Source of the DNA: Eledone cirrhosa
Taxonomy: Eukaryota
Length of the DNA stretch: 64,000 bases
Direction of reading: 5' to 3'
NCBI GenBank assembly: GCA_964016885.1
Contig: OZ024743.1
Location: 183,334,001 to 183,398,000, forward strand
Under the pieces are notes generated by a model. It was not told where the DNA came from. It was given only the letters and a program-made list of their open reading frames with translations, and ran no database searches. Made by a program: the position numbers and the translations under genes. This document shows positions 11,949 to 24,584 of the stretch, one piece after another (position 1 is the first letter of the stretch; each line of letters opens with the position of its first letter).

Positions 11949-14280
11949 CATCATCATCATCATTTTACGTCCGCTTTTCCCTGCTTGCAAGGGTGGGACG
12001 GGTTTTATTCAGCACAGCATCTCTCCACTCGTCACGGTCCCTCGTCATCTCCACCTTGAGCTTCAATGATCTGAGGTCTGTTCTCACCACCTCCGCCCAT
12101 GTTTTTTGTGGTCTACCTCTACCACGTCTTCCTTCAACTGGCAATTCCTGGCACTTCTTCACCCATCGGTCATCCTCCATGCGCATCACATGTCCATACC
12201 ACCTCAGTCTCCTCTCCCGTACACTACATTCTATCCCTCTCAGACAGTTTCTCTCTCAACACATTTATGCTGGGTCGTTCACGCACATTTACACTGCACA
12301 TCCAACGGAGCATGCTTGCCTCATTTCTCTCCAGCCGTCGCATATCCTCTGCAGTTGCTGCCCATGTCTCACTACCATGCAGCATCGCGCTCCTCACACA
12401 GGCATCATACAACCGGCCTTTCGTACGCAGGGAGAAACCCTTCTTCGTCAACAGAGGAAGCAGCTCCCTAAACTTCCAACCCGTCCTTATTCTAGATACT
12501 ATGGCCTCGGAACACCCTCCTCCCATGCTAATCTGATCTCCTAGGTACCGGAAGCTATCCACCACTTCTATAGCGCCCTCTTGCATTTGAAAAATGTGTC
12601 TAACAGTGCGACTTCTACTGTCTAATTTCCCTGTACATCTACTGCATACATATTTCTCCCTACCTGTTAGTTTGCCTGCTATCCCGCTACATCTCTTGTG
12701 TACCCAGGATCTGCATTGTGTGCATTTTATAGAATTTATGCCAGTTCCTTTTCTGCATATCGAACATGGCCATTTCCCTGACGGAATCAGGGTTTTGTCC
12801 TCTTTTCTACTCATCAACACTTTTGTCTTAGCTAGATTCACTCTCAGTCCTCTTGCTTCCAACTGCTGTTTCCATAGCCAGAATTTATTCTCTAGCTCCT
12901 CTACTGATTCTGCTATAAGAACCAGATCGTCAGCGTAGAGAAGTTCCCATGGACAGCCAGTCTTAAACTCCTCTGTTATGGCTTGGAGGACTATAATGAA
13001 CAAGAGCGGGCTGAGGACCGAACCCTGATGTACTCCTACTTGTATCTGGAATTCCTCACTAAACTCCATTCCTACCCTGACTTTACTGAGAGTACCTCTG
13101 TAAGAAGTTTGCACTGTCCTCACAAGCCATTCCTCAACACCTAGCTTCCTTAGGGACCACCAGATGACAGATCGGGGTACCCTATCAAAGGCCTTCTCTA
13201 GGTCAACAAAGGCTAAGTATAGTGGCTTATTCTTCTCTAAGAACCTCTCTTGCAATTGTCTCACCAAGAAGAGGGCCTCTGTTGTACTCTTCCCAGGCAC
13301 AAAACCAAACTGCATCTCATCGAGTTTGACCCTTTCTCTAATTAGTTGTGCTAAAATCCTTTCTGCCACTTTCATAACCTGATCCATCAGTTTTATACCC
13401 CTATAATTGCTCCTCTCCAAGGCATCCCCTTTACCTTTGTAGCAATTTATGAGAATACTGCTGCACCAGTCTTTGGGTATGACACCACCATATATAGCCT
13501 GATTGATGATGCGTGCAACCAGTTTAGTGCCTACGTCCCCTGATGCCTTCAGCATCAGGGGACGTAGGCACTATTCAGCAACTATTCCTGATGGTCCGGC
13601 AGCCTTACCATTTTTCATTTCCCTAATCGCCTCTTGGACCCTATATTCGTCAATCTCAATAGCTGGTCCCTCTGTCGGATCCACCAAGGGTAATTTCTCT
13701 CTCTCCCATTCGTTCTCCACATTCATCAGTCTCTCATAATGACATTTCCAGGCCTCTTTTTTCTGATCATTCGTGACACTAAGTACACCGGCATCATCCC
13801 GGACACATTTATCTCCAACAACATCCTGATTTGCATTGACACACTGCCTTGCAATGTGGAACACCGCACGTCTCTGACCTTCCCGTCGCAGAACATTAGC
13901 AAACCTCCTACTCTCTGCCTCCCTGCGTGCTAAGTACACCTGACGTCTAACTTCTCTCTTAGTGGCTGTATATTCATCCCTACTCCCACCCATTTTCCAA
14001 GCCTCCCATGCTAGTCTTTTGTCTCTAATAGCCTTATCTACTGTGCTGTACCACCACCAGGTTACTCTCTGTCTGGTTGGAGCTCTGCTCCAGCCACAGG
14101 TTTCATCAGTAGCCTGCAGCAAGTTGTCACGTAAGAAATTCCAGTTATTATCTGTCATACGTCTCTAAATCGTCTTCTTTTTCGTCATATACATCTTGAA
14201 GGGCTTTCCTAAATTTGTATTTTAGTGAAAGGTCTTTTAGCTTCCAGACCTTTCTTCTCCACACCTTCCTATATGTCTCA
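11949..14280 (-). mobile_element. 5'-truncated RTE-clade LINE inserted in the 47/49-bp satellite
   Basis: RT motifs NYRGIKL, FVDLEKAFDRV, GVHQGSVLSPLLF, LLYADDL; C-terminal RGRGRPQKTW; (GAT)n tail; TAGAAAT target duplication at 11942-11948 and 14281-14287; disabled by a stop and frameshifts. Confidence 0.93.
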
Positions 14281-15409
14281 TAGAAATATGGTAATGAAAA
14301 GGTTAAACAACATAGACAGTGTCTTTCATTAGAAATATGGTAATGAAAGGGTTAAACAACATAGACAGTGTCTTTCATTAGTAATATGGTAATGAAAGGG
14401 TTAAACAACATAGACAGTGTCTTTCATTAGAAATATGGTAATGAAAGGGTTAAACAACATAGACAGTGTCTTTCATTAGTAATATGGTAATGAAAGGGTT
14501 AAACAACATAGACAGTGTCTTTCATTAGAAATATGGTAATGAAAGGGTTAAACAACATAGACAGTGTCTTTCATTAGAAATATGGTAATGAAAGGGTTAA
14601 ACAACATAGACAGTGTCTTTCATTAGAAATATGGTAATGAAAGGGTTAAACAACATAGACAGTGTCTTTCATTAGAAATATGGTAATGAAAGGGTTAAAC
14701 AACATAGACAGTGTCTTTCATTAGAAATATGGTAATGAAAGGGTTAAACAACATAGACAGTCTTTCATTAGAAATATGGTAATGAAAGGGTTAAACAACA
14801 TAGACAGTCTTTCATTAGAAATATGGTAATGAAAGAGTTAAACAACATAGACAGTCTTTCATTAGAAATATGGTAATGAAAGGGTTAAACAACATAGACA
14901 GTGTCTTTCATTAGAAATATGGTAATGAAAGGGTTAAACAACATAGACAGTCTTTCATTAGAAATATGGTAATGAAAGAGTTAAACAACATAGACAGTCT
15001 TTCATTAGAAATATGGTAATGAAAGGGTTAAACAACATAGACAGTCTTTCATTAGAAATATGGTAATGAAAGGGTTAAACAACATAGACAGTCTTTCATT
15101 AGAAATATGGTAATGAAAGAGTTAAACAACATAGACAGTCTTTCATTAGAAATATGGTAATGAAAGGGTTAAACAACATAGACAGTGTCTTTCATTAGAA
15201 ATATGGTAATGAAAGGGTTAAACAACATAGACAGTCTTTCATTAGAAATATGGTAATGAAAGAGTTAAACAACATAGACAGTCTTTCATTAGAAATATGG
15301 TAATGAAAGGGTTAAACAACATAGACAGTCTTTCATTAGAAATATGGTAGTGAAAGGTTTAAACAACATAGACAGTCTTTCATTAGAAATATGGTAATGA
15401 AAGGGTTAA
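14281..15409. repeat. 47/49-bp minisatellite, right block
   Basis: Same unit, resuming in register after the RTE insertion. Confidence 0.97.
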
Positions 15410-15899
15410 GTAAGGAATCAACATTTGACTTAAGTGAGTTAGTATCAATTATTTCTAACAAATTTAGGTGGAAGGTCATCATCATCATTAATATCCACTC
15501 TCAATGTTTGCATGGATTAGATGGGTTAGGAGGTATAGTTAATTAAATCCTCCCCAGCATGGCACTGGTACTCTATCAATCTCTGAACAATGAGAAGCAA
15601 AGTTGAACTCAGAAACTAACGAACCGGAACAAATACTAAAAGGCATTTGTTTGTGTTAATAATAATAATAATGGCTGTTTATTGATTGATATGATCATCC
15701 TATGTGATCACAATATTGCAGCAATATATGTGTGTGTTGTGTGTGTATATATACATATTATTTATGTGTGTAGCTATATATTAATCTAATCAGATATGGG
15801 TGTAAAGCTGCTTACAATATATACAACTAACACCAACAGCATTTAAATAGTGTAGTTTATATTATTGATTGATAATATACATAACACAAGGATGGCTCC

Positions 15900-16630
15900 A
15901 TCTCATCCTGGCGGGGAGAAATGTGAGGCAGCCTCAGTATATCTCTACCTACTAGGACTGCTCTGTCTCATCCTGGTGTAGAGAAATGTGAGGCAGCTTC
16001 AGTATATCTCTTACTGGGACTGCTCTCTCTCATCTTGCTATGGTGAAATGTGAGGCAACCTCAGTATATCTCCTTACTAGGACATTTCCTTCACATCCTG
16101 AGAAATGTGAGGCAGCCCTCAGTATACCTCTATGTACTAGGACAGATTTCTCTTATCTTGGTGTGGAGAAATGAGAGGCAGCCTCAGTATATGTCTATTT
16201 ACTGGGACAGTTCTGTCTTGTCTTGGTGTGGTGAAATATGAGGCAGTCTCAGCATATCTCTACCTACTAGGACAGCTGTCTCATCCTGGTGTGGAGAAAT
16301 GAGAGGCAACCTCAGCATATCTCTACCTACTAGGACAGCTGTCTCATCCTGGTGTGGAGAAATGAGAGGCAACCTCAGCATATCTCTACCTACTAGGACA
16401 GCTGTCTCATCCTGGTGTGGAGAAATGAGAGGCAACCTCAGCATATCTCTACCTACTAGGACAGCTGTCTCATCCTGGTGTGGAGAAATGAGAGGCAACC
16501 TCAGCATATCTCTACCTACTAGGACAGCTGTCTCATCCTGGTGTGGAGAAATGAGAGGCAACCTCAGCATATCTCTACTTACTGGGACAGCTCAGTCTCC
16601 TCTAGGTGTAGAGGAATGGGAGGCAGCCTC
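15900..16630. repeat. 63-bp minisatellite
   Basis: Unit ctcagcatatctctacctactaggacagctgtctcatcctggtgtggagaaatgagaggcaac; homogeneous core with diverged edges. Confidence 0.95.
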
Positions 16631-17075
16631 TACTACAGTTCACTTTTGTTCTGTTACTAGGCAACTGTTAGAGGATCCGTTAGGATCCAAATCAATTCTT
16701 AAAGTTACTGCCGTCTTAAGTAAATCAGAGAACCACACCTCACTATGTTCTCGTTTGGTATGGTTTCTACAGCTCAATGTCTAACACCAGCCACAGTATA
16801 CTTCATATATTTTATCATTGGACCCAACTGGAAAGGTTGTCTTTTCCACTGTAAAGCTAAACAGTCCTCCACTCTATGTAGTTTGTTCAAGGTAAAAGTC
16901 ACCAAGAATGTGATGAGTAAGATAGTAATTGTTTCTACTTTAGGCACAAGGCCAGCAATTACCCAGTGCATTACTGGTACTTTATTTTATCGACCCCGTA
17001 AGGATGAAAGGCAAAGTCAACCTTGGCGGGATTTGATGAGTAAGATAGTAATATCCAATAATTATATATATATAT

Positions 17076-17355
17076 CAGATTGGAAGTGGTAAAAACCAAT
17101 TAAACCATTACTCACCAGAGTACTCGACACTTGGGGTAGTAGAGGGTAATATGAAAAAATTCAGGACCCTGATGGCTGATCTACAGATTCAGGAACTGGA
17201 ACTTAGTAATTAGAGCCGGGATGGAAGTGTGGCATGGGTTGAAAAGTGCTCCACTACGAAAGTAGGAGCTAAAGATCAGATTGGAGGTGGTAAAAACCAA
17301 TTAGACCATAACTCAGCAGAGTACTCGATACTTGGGGCCCTGAATTTTTTCATAT
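17076..17355 (-). mobile_element. Diverged member of the same family with tandem terminal repeat
   Basis: Reverse complement matches the shared tail; direct repeat at about 17077-17136 and 17277-17336; short inverted segment atgaaaaaattcagg / cctgaattttttcat; (TA)n flanks. Confidence 0.65.
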
Positions 17356-17569
17356 AAATACATATATATATATATATATATTTAACATATTTGGTTAGTT
17401 GTCCTCGCTTTTCAATCAAGAATGTCCTATATATATATTATACACACACATACACGTATATACAGGGTTCTCTGATTTATATTTTAATTAATTAATATCA
17501 TTAAGCATGTATTATCATCAGTAAATATCTAGATGTCAGTGTAGTAAAATTACAGATATATGTTAATAT

Positions 17570-18100
17570 GGTGACATGATAAACACCACCCAGTTCACTC
17601 TGTAATGTGGTTATGTTGATGACATGACAGAAAGCACCCAGTCCATTCTGTAATGTGGTCATGTTGATGACAAGACAAAAAGCACCCAGTCCACCCTGTA
17701 ATGTTTTTGTTGGTAACATGACAAAAAGCACCCAGTCCACCCTATAATGTGGTTGTGTTGGTGACATGATTAAAAGCACCCAGTCCACTCTATAATGTGG
17801 TCGTGTTGGTGACATGATTAAAAGCACCCAGTCCACTCTATAATGTGGTCGTGTTGGTGACATGACAAAAAGTACCCCATCTACCCTGTAATGTGGTTGT
17901 GTTGGTGATATGACAAAAAGTACCCTGTCCACACTGTAAATGTGGTTGGCGTTAGGAAGGGCATCCAGTGGTAGAAACCAAGCCAGAAACAGTTCTGTAT
18001 GAGCAAGACACGGCCATCTGATCTGATTTGTCTCCCAATATCAGGACAACTAGTCTAACATACTAGTGTGGGAAAATGGATGTTAAACGATGATGATGAT
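17570..18100 (+). repeat. 48-bp tandem repeat running into a SINE/LINE-type 3' end with (GAT)n
   Basis: aaaagcacccagtccactctataatgtggtcgtgttggtgacatgatt about 8 times, then ggcgttaggaagggcatccag...gttaaacgatgatgat. Confidence 0.85.
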
Positions 18101-18433
18101 GATCTTGAGTATGTTTTATAATCAGTAAAATTCTAGATGTCAGTATCATAAATGAAACTACAAAAATGTATATTATGTTAAGAAAAGAAATATCAAAAGG
18201 TTTTCCTGGGATGGGTTTTTACTAGTTAAGCAATGCTTTAATTACTAGTTAAGGATTTATGGATTTGATTAACTTATGACTGTATTACTGTAACTACTGA
18301 AGGTATTACTGTAACGAATGAATTACTTTGATTTAACTAATGACTGTATTACTTTAATTAATGTATTACTTTAACTAATGCATTACTTTAACTACTAAAT
18401 AATGTATAACTTTGTTGTTGTCTCTCTTTTCAG

Positions 18434-18552
18434 GCTGCTACATTACGTCCCTATTTAAATGCTGTGAAACACACCCTTACAGCTGCAATGTGTTTGCAGA
18501 ACTTTGAATCACAAGTTGTAGAACGACACAATAAACCAGAAGTTGAAGTGAA
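18434..18552 (+). CDS. ARPC4: ARPC4 coding exon 2 (119 nt)
   Basis: tctctcttttcag| acceptor and |gtaagt donor; translates [39 protein letters not shown](K), the ARPC4 N-terminus. Confidence 0.97.
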
Positions 18553-18607
18553 GTAAGTAACTTACTTTACATCTTTGTTATGTGGTGTTATGTGGTCTTC
18601 AAGACGT

Positions 18608-18825
18608 GTGAGACATTACCCTGTCTTATAGCGTGTCTAGAGAGACTACCCTGTCTAGAGACACTACCTTGTTTTATAGGGTGCCTAGAGACACTACCCT
18701 GTCTTATGTTGTGTCTAGAGACACTACCCTGTTTTATAGGGTGTCTATGTCTTATTCAAGATGTGAGACACTACCTTGTCTTATGGGGTGTCTAGAGATA
18801 CTACCCTGTTTTATGTGGTGTCTAT
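18608..18825. repeat. About 30-bp minisatellite just after ARPC4 exon 2
   Basis: gagacactaccctgtyttat..ggtgtcta repeated. Confidence 0.85.
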
Positions 18826-19675
18826 GTCTCCTCTTCTGTTTATTATTTTCATGAACAGGATTGACATGCTCAGCCAGGTTGGAAGTGGTATCATAACTGG
18901 CAGTGTAAAATCAGTTGGCTGGAGTTTGCAGACGTCATGGTACTACTTAACTCAACAGAAGGTGATCTCCAAATTGCACTTGATAGGTTTGACGCCGAGT
19001 GGCTGCATGGCTGGAATGAAAATCTATGCTGCGAAGACTGAGACACTCTTCCTCTCTAGGAAGTCTGCACAGTGTATTCTACATGTGAATGGAGTTCCAC
19101 TGCAGCAGGTAGAGAAGAATCTTGGGGCCGTGTTCATGAGTGATAGAAGGCAGGAGGCTGAATTAAGTGCAAGAATTGCAGGAGCTGGTGCAGTAATGTG
19201 CCAGCTTTAGCATTCAGTAACCAGAAGGGAGGTAGGTGTAAAAGCCAAACTCGCTATCTTCAATTCGGTATTCATGCCAACCCTTACCTATGGTCATGAA
19301 TCTTGGGTAATGACCGAAAGAATATGATCACGAATACAAGTGGCCGAAATAGGGTTCCCCCGAAGGGTCTTTGGAGTAATGTTACTCGATAGAGTGCATA
19401 GCTTGAAGATCAAAGAGTCACTTCAGGTAGAGCTGCTACTTCTCCAAATTGAGAGATCACAGCTCCAATACTGTGGACATGTGGTTAGAATGTCTCGTGG
19501 ATAGATTTTTCAGGCAAAATCAACCGAAAAGAGACTGAGGGGTAGACTCTGAGCAAGATGGTTGGATAACATCTGTGAGCTCGGCTGGTTTCACTTGGGG
19601 ATCCAGCTGGATCAGTTGAAGATGGTTGCTTCTGACAGGACCTGCTGGAAGGAACAACTAGGTGAAGAAGAAGAA
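18825..19675 (+). mobile_element. RTE-like LINE fragment (same family as 1510-2385)
   Basis: SPLLFIIFMNRID; colinear similarity to 1555-2380. Confidence 0.85.
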
Positions 19676-20292
19676 TGTCTTACTAATGCAATCTGGTACA
19701 TTAAGAGTTTGTATCCAAGATATAAAGACAGTACCATTTATTCAAACTACCAATATCTGACCTTGATCACGTTACTTTTGATAAGGGGAACATTTCTATG
19801 ATGCCACAGGATGTTGGGCTTTCCTTAGTTTCATTAGTTCATCAAATATCTCTCACGGTGTTATCTTATGAATGCTAAAATATTAACTTAAGTGTGCATT
19901 TGAAAGGGTAGGAATGTCATTTATTAAAATTGGGTGATTTAAAATAGAAATGTATATCTTGAATTGCAATTCAGTTCTTTGGCATTTGTGAACATTTCTC
20001 CAAATAGATAAATGTGTACAGAATTGTAATTAGAAAGTTTGGAGAAGGAAGATATACTCTTGGTGTGTCGCATGAAATCACATAAGCAATACACAAAAAC
20101 TATTCCATGGATCAATTGTTTTAGTTTCAACACAGTCTACACAATAAATGCACCCAGTAGACTCTGTAAAGTGGTTGGTGGTAGGAAAGGCATCCAGTCA
20201 TAGAAAACGTGCCAAACAAAAAGTTGGAAGGACTCTTCAGCTGTGTAAAAGGCATGACAACTTTGGTTAAGATATTTTTCCTTTTGTTTTAG

Positions 20293-20404
20293 AACCAGCA
20301 AAGAATTGTTGCTAACTCCTGTTGTAATCAGTCGAAATGAAAAAGAAAAAGTATTGATTGAAGGTTCCATAAATTCACTGAGGATAAGTATAGCAGTAAA
20401 ACAG
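20293..20404 (+). CDS. ARPC4: ARPC4 coding exon 3 (112 nt)
   Basis: ttttgttttag| ... |gtgaga; (K)[37 protein letters not shown]; phase compatible with exon 2. Confidence 0.97.
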
Positions 20405-20463
20405 GTGAGAAATTATATTTTAGAACTTTGTGCCAAACAAATGGTTGAGAGTATATATAAGTC

Positions 20464-20820
20464 AAACTGTTGACAAGCTAATATATAATAGGTGTTTATA
20501 TAAACTGTTTACAGGCTAATATATAATAGGTATATATATAAACTGTTGACAGCCTAATATATGATAGATATATATATATATATAAACTGTTGACAGCCTA
20601 ATATATGATAGATATATATATATATATAAACTGTCGACAGTCTAATATATAATAGGTATATATATAAACTGTTGACAGTCTAATATATGATAGGTGTATA
20701 TATATATAAACTGTCGGCAGCCTAATATATGATAGGTGTGTGTGTGTATATATATATATATATACACATAAACTATTGACAACCTAATATATATACACAC
20801 ACACACTGTCGACAGCCCAA
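20464..20820. repeat. About 40-bp minisatellite with variable (TA)n
   Basis: aaactgttgacagcctaatatatgatag(ta)n repeated. Confidence 0.85.
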
Positions 20821-20969
20821 CATAAGTGTATAATATATATTAAAATTTACAATTATTCTCACCTATGGAATTCCAAGAACTAAGAATAAAGATATTATTT
20901 TCTGCAATGAAAGTTTCATATGAAATGTATCAGAAATTGGAAATAATATTTTAAATTTCATTCTCCCAG

Positions 20970-21065
20970 GCTGATGAAATTGAGAAAATCCTATGTCACA
21001 AATTCATGAGGTTTATGATGATGAGAGCTGAAAATTTTATTATTTTACGAAGAAAACCAGTAGAG
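20970..21065 (+). CDS. ARPC4: ARPC4 coding exon 4 (96 nt)
   Basis: ttctcccag| ... |gtaaga; [32 protein letters not shown]. Confidence 0.97.
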
Positions 21066-21239
21066 GTAAGACCTTTATTCTTATATAATAAATATATCTA
21101 AACAACTTTTGATAAATAACTTTGAAGCAAGTTTATTTCATCTGAGAAATATCTTCATTGTTAGTCCAATACATTATTGTCTCATATTTTATATTTAATT
21201 GTACTGTTTAGTAAAGTACTTAATGAACAATTTGAAATA

Positions 21240-21756
21240 AAGGCAAGGTGTAAAAGCCAATCTCACTATCTTCAATGCAGTATTTGTGCCAACCTTTACC
21301 TATTGTCATGAATCTTGGGTAATGACCAAAAGAATACGATCATGAATACAAGTGGCCAAAATAGGGTTCCTCCAAAGGTCGAAATGGGGTTCCTTTGAAG
21401 AGTTTTTGGAGTAATGTTACTTGATAGAGTGCGTAGCTCGGAAATCAAAGAGTCACTCCAGGTAGAGCTGCTACTTCTCTTAATTGAGAGATTACAGCTA
21501 TGGTATTGTGGGCATGTGGTTAGAATGTCTAAGGAAAGAATCGCTGGACAGATTTTACGGTCAAAACCAACTGGCAGGAGACCCAAGTGTAGACACTGAG
21601 CAAGATAGTTAGATAACGTCCATGAGCTTGGCTGGTCTCGCTTCTGGATCCAGCCGGATCAGTTAGAGACAGTTGCTTCTGACAGAATCCGTTGGATGGT
21701 GTGTTTGAGGACTCTGTCCTTACGACCCTCTCAGGAATAAGTGGGTGAAGAAGAAA
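21240..21756 (+). mobile_element. RTE-like LINE 3' fragment (same family)
   Basis: RLQLWYCGHVVRMSKERIAGQIL; GAA tail. Confidence 0.85.
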
Positions 21757-22685
21757 GGTCTATATTTTACATATGGTCTGAGTCTATTACTACATTATTA
21801 AATGTGTCCTTCCTTTTCAAGAGGTAGGAACCCCATGAGGTTGGGTAGTTGTTGCAGTGGGAGTTGCTGGCTATTCTCTATGTATCTAGATTTACATTAT
21901 TAAATATATCCTTCCTTTTCAAGAGATAGGAGCCTTGTGAGGTGTTGTTGCAGGAGTTGCTGGCCATTCTCTGTGTATCTAGAACTACATTATTAAATAT
22001 GTCCTTCGGTAGAGGGTCGGACGCCATGCTTTGAAGCATAGAGTTACGTCCCTTTACGATCTGAGTTCAAATCCTGCCGAGGTTGACTTTGCCTTTCATC
22101 CTTATGGTGTTGATAAAATAAAGTACCAGTAATGCACTCGCCTTGTGCCTAAAGTAGAAACAATTATTTAAGATGGGAGAGAAAATTTATTACAACTTCT
22201 AATATTAGAAACAGCTACAGAAAGTTTCTCTCAGTGACTAGAAAAATTTAACCAACTCAGCATTGCTGCCGCAGTGATATGGGTCTAGATTCTAGACAGT
22301 GTGAGGTGGTGTTCTCTGGTGTGTGGAAGCTCATGTATGGGTCATCCTGTGATCCCAGTGGAGGATAGAATGGAGAAAATGTTGCCCTGGCAAGGGAGAT
22401 ACGTTGGAACAGCCATTCCAACTAGCAGGGCTTGCTCCTGTGGGTAGCCAGCTCTGCCCTGACAGTCGCCAGTAGGGATGTGGTCCTGGGGCAAAGAACA
22501 CTGGTAATCTCCATTGCTACAGGTTCGACCACATCAGCGAGCAACACAATATTTCAATAGTTTACCCTCTTCAGCATGACAAGCAACAAAACCTCGGTAC
22601 TGTTTAAAAGAGTTTGCCCTCGTCAACGTGACAAGAAGTAGCAAAACCTGAGTACTGTCTAAAATATTTCTCATTTTAAATTCAG

Positions 22686-22862
22686 GGTTATGACATCAGC
22701 TTCCTAATCACCAATTTCCATACAGAGCAGATGTATAAACATAAACTGGTTGACTTCATCATTCAGTTTATGGAAGAGATTGATAAAGAAATCAGTGAAA
22801 TGAAACTAGCAGTCAATTCTAGAGCTCGACTCAGCGCTGAAGAATTCTTAAAGAGATTTTAG
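22686..22862 (+). CDS. ARPC4: ARPC4 coding exon 5 with stop codon
   Basis: tttaaattcag|; [58 protein letters not shown]. Exon lengths 3+119+112+96+177=507 nt = 168 aa plus stop. Confidence 0.97.
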   Translation, partial: GYDISFLITNFHTEQMYKHKLVDFIIQFMEEIDKEISEMKLAVNSRARLSAEEFLKRF

Positions 22863-23341
22863 TCAACTCTATGGTATGTATTTAGTATTGTTAATGTTTT
22901 ACATTGTTTTAACATCTACTTTTCCAAGCTTACATGAGTTGGATGAGACGTCTCCATCCAAAACAACATCTCACCACTTGTCAAATAGGCTTCCATCACT
23001 TCTACCAAGGTCTTCCTCTTCTGTAGTTTCCTTCTACATGGAACGCCTGGCGCTTATTCATTCGACTATCATCAGTCATACAAATTACATGTCGGTACTA
23101 GTGAAGACTTGCACATAACATCCATTTTCTCTTATCGTTTGATGACAGTGTCTTATGTTCAAAGACATTCCAACAATAATGTTTTTTTTTTTTTAAAAGC
23201 ATAACCCCATTTGCAAGAAATTTTGTTTTTATTTCTAGCAGCTTATTTAACTACATGGTGCCCCACATTGGTATGTGTGTGTGTGATATATACATGTAAC
23301 CTTTGCTAGCAAGGAAAATGTATGCTAAATAACAATGATTA

Positions 23342-23822
23342 TCTAAACTATAATAAAGGAAGGTCTGCGGGATTGCGTACGTTTTTTTTTTTTTTATCCT
23401 GTTTGTAAAATAAGTTGGATTACTTTGAATAAATAATGAATGAATATTACATAATTTATCTACTAAATTTTGTGGCTGTTCATTAAATATATTTTGTTTA
23501 TTTAAAGATTCACTTCTTTAAAATTTCTGAAATGTCAACACTTCCGGTGGCGATCGCTTAAATAAACATACTAATTTTCCGTCACTAATTTTCTCCTAAT
23601 GCAGTTTATATATATCTTCTTTTTTAATGTATCATGGATTACGTTACTGATTAAATAAGACAGTGTAACGCAGTCTTCGTTCAATTTCTATGTATTATAT
23701 ATTGTCAATTACGATTTTATTTGATGTATCATATCTACATGTATATATACCTGCGTATAATATCAATATACACACTACACATGCTAGCAGAAAACCACCT
23801 GAAGGGTGGTTTTTCTGCTAGT
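23342..23822 (+). mobile_element. Non-autonomous Helitron-like element
   Basis: a|TCTAAACTATAATAAAG start; 3' hairpin accacc-tgaag-ggtggt followed by CTAG|t. Confidence 0.6.
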
Positions 23823-23856
23823 ATATATAAAAGCGGACGTAAAATGATGATGATGA

Positions 23857-23910
<54 letters not shown>

Positions 23911-24279
23911 ATAATCGTTTAATGTCTATTTTTCATACTTACATAGATTAGATGGGTTTTCACGTTATGAAAAAAGTCGGGTTTGGAGACCACTTCTTGC
24001 TCATACGGACCTGTATTTTGGCTTCGTTTCTATGGCTGGATGCCTTTTCTAACATCAACCACATCGTAGTTTGGACTGTTTATTGTGGAACCAAAATGCC
24101 CATCTTACAGGTTGGATTGGACACTTTTTGTCATGATCACCTTACAGGGTGGACCGAGTGCTTTTTTTTCTCATGCCACCAGCACAACCAATAAACAGGG
24201 TGGACTGGATACTTTTTCTCGCATCACCAGCACGACCTCTATACAACAGGGTGGATAGGAGGTCTCCTGTCATGTCACC

Positions 24280-24530
24280 GTGGATGTTATCCAACCATCT
24301 TGCTTGACATCTACTCTTGGGTCTCCTGCCTGTTAGTTTTGCCTGTAAAATCTGTAGCGATTCTTTCCTGAGGCATTCTAACCACATGTCCATAGTATCG
24401 GAGCTGTGATCTCTCAATTTGGAGAAGTAGCAGCTTTACCTTAAGTGACTCTCTGATCTCTGCACTCTATCAAGTAATGTTATTCCAATGACCCTTCGGA
24501 GGAACCCCATTTTGGCAGCTTGTATTCGTA
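24280..24530 (-). mobile_element. RTE-like LINE fragment (same family, opposite strand)
   Basis: Reverse complement of about 21340-21620. Confidence 0.8.
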
Positions 24531-24584
24531 ATCATATATATATTCATGATCATATATATATATATTCATGACCATATATATATA

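Noticed and set aside
10643-15409. CRISPR-like array with palindromic repeats flanking an RT gene
   Set aside because: Units are contiguous with no unique spacers, no cas genes are present, the context is eukaryotic, and the RT is an RTE LINE with a TSD
16199-16784. Repetitive ORFs on both strands
   Set aside because: 63-bp minisatellite whose unit length is divisible by three
22005-22165. tRNA gene (A/B boxes)
   Set aside because: No full cloverleaf; it continues into a SINE core that is repeated many times in the window
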